64,000 nucleotides of DNA from positions 848-64,847 of the forward strand of contig JAGOQK010000003.1 of NCBI GenBank assembly GCA_017991475.1, in the 5' to 3' direction. Within the stretch, counting starts at the first letter, position 1; each line of letters starts with the position of its first letter. Source of the stretch: Minisyncoccota bacterium (GTDB lineage: Bacteria > Patescibacteriota > Minisyncoccia > Phycocordibacterales > PALSA-1337). Of this stretch, positions 58,029-64,000 are shown one piece after another. A program made the translations under genes and the position numbers. The notes beneath the pieces are model-generated. The model searched no databases, had not been told where the DNA came from, and saw only the letters and a program-made list of their open reading frames with translations.

Positions 58029-58277
58029 ATGTATACACTAGAAAAAGGCCGTAATACCCGAGTATCTCATTATAGTCCGTTTGGCGGTGGCAAGTGTTTC
58101 TGTAACAGTTTTGTTTGGGAGGTTTTTTCTTCCCATGAGACTGAGGCTGAAGCAAATGATGCTTACCAATGCCAAATAAAGAAGAGTGGTGGTTCCTGTT
58201 GGAGACTTAAAGGACCCAGCGGACAAATAATGAAACAATACGATTTCATTCCAACATCTTCTGGATTAGGGATATGA
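58029..58277 (+). CDS. Hypothetical small Cys-containing protein
   Basis: ORF only, followed about 90 nt later by a stem-loop + T-run (58368-58395). Confidence 0.25.
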   Translation: MYTLEKGRNTRVSHYSPFGGGKCFCNSFVWEVFSSHETEAEANDAYQCQIKKSGGSCWRLKGPSGQIMKQYDFIPTSSGLGI

Positions 58278-58445
58278 CCCAATGAAGGACGGAGCTAACC
58301 TTCACCACAGAAGCTCCAATCGTTGTCACCTTTCTAAAAGCGTGAGTGTCGTGTGCAGCACGAATCAAACCCCGACTTACCTCGGGGTTTTCTTATACAT
58401 CTTGATGTCACAAATTGTGACTTCAAGTTCACGCTTCCTTGTTCG

Positions 58446-58679
58446 TCAGTATGTATTCTCACCCCTCCTCCCCATATCGAGTATATAAGCCGCCCCATTT
58501 TCGATATGAAAAATAATTCTCACATCACCTTTTCTCACACGATAGACCTCATTCACGCCCTTCAATTTCTTCACATCCAAACCATTCAGATCCAGTCGAA
58601 GTATTCTCTCGATGATAGGTAGTAGAGAAGCTCGTTCTTTTGCAACAAGCTTGGATAGGAATTTCTCGAGTTTCGTCAT
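58446..58679 (-). CDS. RelE/ParE-superfamily type II toxin
   Basis: C-terminal VYRVRKGDVRIIFHIENGAAYILDMGRRGENTY is the characteristic RelE/ParE core; 4-nt overlap with upstream antitoxin-like gene. Confidence 0.65.
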   Translation of the reverse strand: MTKLEKFLSKLVAKERASLLPIIERILRLDLNGLDVKKLKGVNEVYRVRKGDVRIIFHIENGAAYILDMGRRGENTY

Positions 58680-58930
58680 GCCATCTTCCGTAGAGCTGCA
58701 AGTACATCCTTTGCGGGGACTCCACCTTTCTTAATCTGTGTAAAATCGACGACAGTCTCCCACATACCATCATCACCCCATGCATCGACAGGCTCGAGCT
58801 TGAAAATAGGACTGGATTTACGGACAACTACAAACGAAGACCCCTTCTGAAGCATGCGAACATACTTCTCCATATTGAGTCGTAATTCCTTGAGGCCGAT
58901 TATTTTTGATTTTGTAGTGATAGTAGTCAT
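58676..58930 (-). CDS. Phd/YefM-like antitoxin (putative)
   Basis: 84 aa; IIGLKELRLNMEKYVRMLQKGSSFVVVRKSSPIFKLEPVD resembles Phd/YefM N-terminal fold; translationally coupled to the toxin. Confidence 0.55.
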   Translation of the reverse strand: MTTITTKSKIIGLKELRLNMEKYVRMLQKGSSFVVVRKSSPIFKLEPVDAWGDDGMWETVVDFTQIKKGGVPAKDVLAALRKMA

Positions 58931-59007
58931 ATATACAAGTTTATCTTAAGGTAATCTTGTAGTCAATAGTTCAAGGTCACAACTTGTGACCTTGAAATAC
59001 TGCACTC

Positions 59008-59526
59008 CTACCTCTTCCCCGCCCTCAAGAGATACTTACCTGACCCATCATCGAGATCCATGAAGTGATCGGAGACTTCTATGAGCTTCGCAGATGTAGA
59101 CTTGCCGAATGAGACGACCTCAACCTGACAACCCTGATTCATCTGGAGATATTCGACGAGTGGGCAGAAGTCGCCGTCACCAGTGATGAGGATGACCGCA
59201 TCGAGCTTGGGTGAGAGTTTGACTGCATCGATAGCCATACCGACGTCCCAGTCTGCCTTCTTGGCACCTGAGCTGAAGATCTGGAGGTCCTTGACCTTGG
59301 TTTCGATACCCATCTTTTCGAGCGCCTCGAAGAAGCCGGTCTCTTCACCTGATTCGGTGGCGATGACGTAGGCGACTGCGCGGACGAGCTTGCGACCATC
59401 GAGAGCTTCTTTGACGATAGCGCCAAAGTTGACCTTCGAATGATAGAGGTTACGACCGCTGTGATAGAGATTCTGTGCATCGATGAATATACCGACGCGC
59501 TGTTCTTTGTGTTTTATGACTGACAT
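59008..59526 (-). CDS. NYN-domain (LabA/DUF88-like) protein, a putative RNase
   Basis: VGIFIDAQNLYHS...AVILITGDGDFCPLVEYLQ are the conserved NYN/LabA acidic motifs. Confidence 0.8.
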   Translation of the reverse strand: MSVIKHKEQRVGIFIDAQNLYHSGRNLYHSKVNFGAIVKEALDGRKLVRAVAYVIATESGEETGFFEALEKMGIETKVKDLQIFSSGAKKADWDVGMAIDAVKLSPKLDAVILITGDGDFCPLVEYLQMNQGCQVEVVSFGKSTSAKLIEVSDHFMDLDDGSGKYLLRAGKR

Positions 59527-59805
59527 GAAAAAAAGTTTAAAGTTTAAAGTTAAAAGTGCAAAGTTAAACTCAAAACAGGATTAACTAAATATTAAAATGT
59601 GTAACTACTGACAAGTATACCCTACTTTGAGAATTCGGTCAGAGCACGCATGAGTGGTACTCCAAGAGAAATCGCAAGTAATGAGAGGCTCGCTGCCCAA
59701 CCATAGGAACAACTACCAGAAGCATTTGCTACTGTGAAACCAGTTATTACTATCGATGCTGCCCAGACTAAGAGTAAAATCTTTCGGCGGGTCATGAATG
59801 TGAAA

Positions 59806-60072
59806 CTATTTCTTGAGATCCAACTTCTTCAAAACTGCAGAGTAGCGTCTTGGGTGATTCTTCTTGAGATAGACGAGATGAGTCTGACGATCAGCGACCA
59901 TACCGAGGAGGCCACGGCGAGAATGGTTGTCCTTCTTGTGTTTCTTGAGGTGATCGGTGAGTTCTGCGATCCTCTTGCTCAAAAGAGCGACCTGAACCTC
60001 CGCAGAGCCAGTATCCTTGTCATGGACAGCGATATCCTTGATAATCTTGGTCTTTTGTCGTGTAGTTAACAT
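59806..60072 (-). CDS. rpsO: 30S ribosomal protein S15
   Basis: 88 aa; TGSAEVQVALLSKRIAELTDHLKKHKKDNHSRRGLLGMV matches S15. Confidence 0.9.
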   Translation of the reverse strand: MLTTRQKTKIIKDIAVHDKDTGSAEVQVALLSKRIAELTDHLKKHKKDNHSRRGLLGMVADRQTHLVYLKKNHPRRYSAVLKKLDLKK

Positions 60073-60129
60073 TGCCTATATATAGTAGCATGAATGGGGT
60101 CGGAGTGCAACTTTTTGGGTATTATAAAA

Positions 60130-60169
60130 CCCGCAATTAGGAAGTCGAACTTCTCTATCTAATTGCGGG
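60130..60169 (-). promoter_or_regulatory. Stable stem-loop in the rpsO 5' leader, a candidate S15 autoregulatory element
   Basis: CCCGCAATTAG-GAAGTCGAACTTC-TCTAT-CTAATTGCGGG, 58 nt upstream of the rpsO start; S15 leaders in many bacteria carry the S15 autoregulatory structure. Confidence 0.3.
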
Positions 60170-60596
60170 TCGATCCAGCCGGTTAAGGAAGGATCTGGCT
60201 TTATCGATGTGGTCGCCGGGGCTGCTGGCTACGGATTGGAATAATCTGAGCCGCCGTGCTGGCCGTTGTCGATCGCGCCGGTGAGGGTGAATTTATTTTT
60301 TGTGCCGAAATCAATGTTGCTGGTGCTCGGAGGACTGTTCATACGGGCGATAACCTTTCTTGGTTCAGTGTTTTGGGCCGCCATTTTCGCGTTGTACATG
60401 CCACACGGCACATACATTGAATGATCTCGAACACCCCTTTAGGGGGAAACATCTCTATGTAAAGATCATCCAATTCGTTATATAGTATAGCATACCTATC
60501 TTTTTTGTCAAGTACCTTGTATGGTATCTCCATTTTGTCATTATTTATAGCCATATATTCGGGTTATGCGCAGGCCTACCCTGCGCAAGCACATAA

Positions 60597-61583
60597 ATGC
60601 GCTATACTATACCCATGTCGCATAATATCAAGGATCTCAAACAGCAATTCCTGGAATATATCGAGATCGAGAAGGGTCGATCTGTGAAAACTGTGCGAAA
60701 CTATGACTTTTTCATCACCAAATTCCTTCTCCAGGCCAAGATCAAGTACCCCGAAGACATTACAGCGGAAAAAGTCCGAGAATTCCGCCTCTGGCTCAAC
60801 CGCCAACCAGGTCAGAAGAGCCGAGGTAGGATCGAATCAAACACACTCAAGAAGAATACGCAGAATTATCATCTCATCGCCCTACGCACATTCCTGAAAT
60901 ATATGGCCAGGAGAGGGATCAAAACCCTCTCTCCAGAGATGATCGAGCTCGCCAAGGTGGGTCATCGCCAGATAGATCTCATTACGTCGTCCGAGCTGCG
61001 ACGCCTCCTCGATGCTCCTGATGGCGACTCCCCTGCTTCTTTGCGCGATCGCGCCATCCTCGAGCTCCTCTTCTCCACCGGTCTCCGTGTCGCTGAGCTC
61101 TGTTCCCTCAATCGTGATATTGATCTAACAGCAGACGAGTTCCCTATCAGAGGCAAGGGTGACAAAGTCCGCCCTGTATTCCTGTCCCCTGATGCAAAAT
61201 CAGCTCTCAAAAAGTATCTCGACGCTCGCCAAGACATGGGAGAAGCCCTCTTTGTCGAAATGAGTGAACGCAGCATGAAATCTGCCACCAAGATGGGTAC
61301 CAAAGGCAAAAAAGATGAATATCCGGGTGACAAACCACTCACCACTCGTTCTGTGGAGCGCATCGTGAAACGGTATGCCATCAAGGCAGGTATCTCAAAG
61401 AGAGTCACACCGCACGTCATCCGGCACTGCTTTGCCACTGATCTCCTCAGCAATGGCGCCGATATCCGCTCAGTCCAGATGCTTCTCGGTCACTCTGATA
61501 TCAGTACGACTCAGGTCTATACGCACGTGACAGATAGTGAGCTTCTCAGGGTGCACAAACAGTTTCACGGCAAGAGGAAGTAG
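60597..61583 (+). CDS. Tyrosine site-specific recombinase, XerC/XerD-like
   Basis: Catalytic residues in R...HxxR...Y context (VTPHVIRHCFATDLLSNGADIRSVQMLLGHSDISTTQVYTHV); SAM-like N-terminal domain. Confidence 0.85.
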   Translation: MRYTIPMSHNIKDLKQQFLEYIEIEKGRSVKTVRNYDFFITKFLLQAKIKYPEDITAEKVREFRLWLNRQPGQKSRGRIESNTLKKNTQNYHLIALRTFLKYMARRGIKTLSPEMIELAKVGHRQIDLITSSELRRLLDAPDGDSPASLRDRAILELLFSTGLRVAELCSLNRDIDLTADEFPIRGKGDKVRPVFLSPDAKSALKKYLDARQDMGEALFVEMSERSMKSATKMGTKGKKDEYPGDKPLTTRSVERIVKRYAIKAGISKRVTPHVIRHCFATDLLSNGADIRSVQMLLGHSDISTTQVYTHVTDSELLRVHKQFHGKRK

Positions 61584-61610
61584 TGTGGTGAGTTATGAAA
61601 CAATAAAAAT

Positions 61611-61634
61611 CGGCACCCCATCTCTGAGGTGCCG
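61611..61634 (+). terminator. Stem-loop CGGCACC-CCATCTCTGA-GGTGCCG after the recombinase gene
   Basis: 7-bp GC-rich stem about 28 nt after the stop codon; no strong T-run, so weak. Confidence 0.4.
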
Positions 61635-61738
61635 AAGTGGGCGCTGCTGCCCTGGCCTCGGTACTTTATTGCTTAGCTTTGAGGGGCTTTTTCATACCGA
61701 TAAAATAGTAGCATTTTGTCACTAAGAGAGTAAAGACC

Positions 61739-62314
61739 TTAGGCGCGAGCAGTCCTTAACAATTGCGACACATCCCACGATGGATTGTTCATGATACTCC
61801 TATAGAACCAAGGTGCCAGAAGTGCAAAGAATAGATTGCCGGCGAGATGGCGCAGAGTGAATGGTATCTGACCGACAGCAGCTCCCATGAGTGATTGCTC
61901 GAACAAGAGCGGACCCATGATAACTCCGGTCACGAGATCAAAGAACAATGTCCCTACGATACTCGCCACAACGAAGTTTCTTGTCGTCGCAGAACGATGT
62001 CGCAGGAAGTATCCGCCCGCTATGCCGACAATTCCATACGTGAGCGCGGTGAGGAGTGTCCATGAACCAACTTTGCCCATGAGGGCATCGAGGAGGATCA
62101 TGCTCAGTGCTCCATATACTCCCCCGACGAGTGGTCCGTACGCTTTGCCTCCTGCAAACTCAGTCGCCATGAGCGGTGAGATATTGGAGAGGCCTACGAG
62201 CGGTGTTACGAGGCGGAATACGAGCGTGAATACGAAGCCGGCGAGATATTTCACTGCGCCGTCGAACGAATGGATGATGTTTTTCATAATGGTGCGGATT
62301 GTGATAATCCACAC
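61739..62314 (-). CDS. ECF-transporter S component-like membrane protein (RibU-like by context)
   Basis: 191 aa, about 5-6 TM, no partner ATPase genes adjacent (a common arrangement for ECF S components); preceded by an FMN-riboswitch-like leader. Confidence 0.45.
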   Translation of the reverse strand: MWIITIRTIMKNIIHSFDGAVKYLAGFVFTLVFRLVTPLVGLSNISPLMATEFAGGKAYGPLVGGVYGALSMILLDALMGKVGSWTLLTALTYGIVGIAGGYFLRHRSATTRNFVVASIVGTLFFDLVTGVIMGPLLFEQSLMGAAVGQIPFTLRHLAGNLFFALLAPWFYRSIMNNPSWDVSQLLRTARA

Positions 62315-62339
62315 AGCGTGCCTTTTGAGGTTTCAGATA

Positions 62340-62495
62340 GATGCTGGTGGCATCATCTGGCCTTACGCGGGCGATCCGATTCCTGCTAATGAATCGGGGT
62401 GCATGAGATCGGACTCGCTCTATTCCCCTACCCGATGGCAGGTTCATTTCGCTTACCGTTGCGCGACAGTGGGGAGTTTCACCCCGTTCATCATG
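62340..62495 (-). promoter_or_regulatory. Candidate FMN (RFN-element) riboswitch in the leader of the ECF S-component gene
   Basis: Minus-strand transcript contains GGGGTGAAACTCCCCAC...CGGTAAGCG...GCCCGCGTAAGGCCAGATGATGCC, close to the RFN core GGGGCGAAATTCCCCACCGGCGGTA...GCCCGCG...GTCCGGATGG. Confidence 0.4.
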
Positions 62496-62559
62496 CACGC
62501 TGTATGTTGAGTCAAGTGTAACATAGGCAAACTTTATTAAGAAAGTATATAATACCCTC

Positions 62560-63129
62560 ATGAAAAGACTCATAATTGTTCACGGATGGAGTGATAATCC
62601 CAAGGAGCCTATTATTTCCTGGCTCGGAAAGATCGGCACAGACGCAGGATTTGAGACAACTGTTCTCGATATGCCGAACCCTAGTGTGCCGACTATCGAC
62701 GCATGGACCAAGCATTTGGAAGATAACGTATATTATGTTGACCAGGATACATATTTCATAGGTCACAGCATGGGATGTCAGGCCATCCTTAGGTATTTGG
62801 AGATGAATAAGGGGTCAAAATTTGGAGGTGCGATCCTGATAGCCCCGTGGCTCAAAATTACCGGATTGGAGACTCGGGAAGATGAAGACATTGCTCGTCC
62901 ATGGGCAGAAAGGCCGATCGACTTTGCAGGCATTCGTGCTATGGGTGGAAAGTTCGTGACTATTTTTTCTGATAATGACAAATTTGTTCCGTTCGAAGCC
63001 AATAAGGAAGCGTTCGAAAAAGCTTTGAATCCAACAGTTATCGTTGAACATGCGAAAGGACATTTTTCAGAGGAAGATGGGGTGGGAGAGCTACTTTCTG
63101 CAAGTGAGGCGTTGAGTGGTTTTAAATAA
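62560..63129 (+). CDS. Alpha/beta-hydrolase-fold serine hydrolase (YdeN/RBBP9-like)
   Basis: MKRLIIVHGWSDNP N-terminus, nucleophile elbow GHSMG, C-terminal His region. Confidence 0.7.
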   Translation: MKRLIIVHGWSDNPKEPIISWLGKIGTDAGFETTVLDMPNPSVPTIDAWTKHLEDNVYYVDQDTYFIGHSMGCQAILRYLEMNKGSKFGGAILIAPWLKITGLETREDEDIARPWAERPIDFAGIRAMGGKFVTIFSDNDKFVPFEANKEAFEKALNPTVIVEHAKGHFSEEDGVGELLSASEALSGFK

Positions 63130-63152
63130 GATAATAGTTGAGGTAATAAAAA

Positions 63153-63170
63153 AGCGCTGGTCAGGCGCTT
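63153..63170. terminator. Stem-loop AAGCGC-TGGTCAG-GCGCTT between convergent genes
   Basis: Perfect 6-bp stem flanked by A-run upstream and T-rich downstream. Confidence 0.4.
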
Positions 63171-63197
63171 TGTAGTGCAAAATCGTAAACCATTGGT

Positions 63198-63467
63198 TTA
63201 TTTGTAATCCTCTGGAAACTGACCATGGCACCATTCAATAATGTTCTTCAGCTTTTCCATTGGGACGGTCAGTGTCACTGGCTTTTTGTCGCCATCGTCA
63301 CCAATATCCAAAACAAATGAGTCATTGGTGATTTCCTTGGCAAGGCCGTAGTGTTCGTCTCCATTGGTTAAAATTACACATAAGCAAACACGCGGACCGC
63401 CTTTACGGGTAGCCTCCCCCATGTTCCTTTTGAATGTTTCAATCAGGGTATCTTTGAATGTTTTCAT
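63198..63467 (-). CDS. Hypothetical small protein
   Basis: ORF only. Confidence 0.35.
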   Translation of the reverse strand: MKTFKDTLIETFKRNMGEATRKGGPRVCLCVILTNGDEHYGLAKEITNDSFVLDIGDDGDKKPVTLTVPMEKLKNIIEWCHGQFPEDYK

Positions 63468-64000
63468 TTTTTAAAAGAACCATTTTTACTCAATGAATCA
63501 ACGACTTCAGTCGCAGACTCAATAAAGTGCAGATTTTGATGGAATCTGCGGAAACCATGTTCCCCTAGCAATAACACTCGCATTCAAGTGTATTGAAGGG
63601 GTAGACCCAGCGTCCGTCACCGACATACCTCTGACGATGCCACTTTCGTGACTGTGTCAAAAGCTGGCTACGCTCCCTCTTGGAAAGCCGACGACGAGAG
63701 CCGTCAGTGAATTCAAGCGAGCGTGGTCTCCTTCTATGGGAGATATCGAGTACACCATCGGTGGTGCTCGATCTTACAGGCTTGAAGCCAGGAAACTGCA
63801 CCGTCGCACCGCCGTATGTTGTGCTCATGATATTTCCTTTCGGTTGGGATTGTTGGTTTTGAAATTAATCGCAGCCGGAATCACCATGAAGATCCTTGCC
63901 AGGTACTCATTCATAGCTATCCGGTGATAATCAAAAGATCCAGGTTGTCACCCGTGAGGCGTTTTTGAGCCTCGAATCTTCTGTTTACCTTGTTCTCTCC

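Noticed and set aside
59550-59595. AAAGTTT-type short tandem repeats upstream of the NYN gene
   Set aside because: A low-complexity AT-rich promoter region; too short and degenerate to treat as a repeat element.
60130-60169. tRNA-like minihelix (stem + GTTCGA-containing loop)
   Set aside because: Only an acceptor-like stem and a short T-like loop exist, with no D or anticodon arms; more plausibly part of the rpsO leader.

Overview
This window looks like a chromosomal segment from a small-genome Patescibacteria (CPR)-type bacterium, possibly Saccharibacteria-like; that assignment is inference from gene content and protein style. It spans the replication origin region, and the centrepiece is a roughly 13.6 kb all-minus-strand block that looks like a Gram-positive-type type IV secretion apparatus. 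Its core parts (VirB4, PrgI/VirB3, VirB6, a VirB2-like protein, plus secreted and membrane proteins of unknown function) are present, with no relaxase or VirD4 coupling ATPase in the window.

- **Origin and housekeeping genes.** rpmH-rnpA-yidC sit divergent from dnaA-dnaN, with an AT-rich oriC candidate between dnaN and dnaA. The rest is a dense housekeeping complement. It covers glycolysis (eno) and the Holliday-junction and repair genes ruvX, ruvA, ruvB, ruvC, yebC, polA, holA, pcrA/uvrD, fpg and xerC/D. It also covers ribosome and RNA-processing genes (rpsT, rpsO, pnp, ksgA, tsaE, a SpoU methyltransferase) and cell-wall genes (a Mur ligase, a class A PBP, an Amidase_3 with PG-binding domain, a LysM-M23 peptidase).
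- **RNA genes.** Three tRNAs are present: Ser-TGA, Lys-TTT, and one read as Arg-GCG.
- **DNA uptake / pilus genes.** pilM, pilN, pilB and comM are present but dispersed across the window.
- **Hairpin repeats.** Two families of long, perfectly self-complementary hairpin repeats are scattered through intergenic regions. Members of one family are inserted in-frame inside polA and tsaE.
- **Other items.** Other items are a candidate FMN riboswitch upstream of a RibU-like ECF S component, a RelE/Phd toxin-antitoxin pair beside a NYN-domain protein, and a RhuM-family gene.

Every call rests on reading the six-frame translations and the nucleotide sequence; no searches or folding programs were run.
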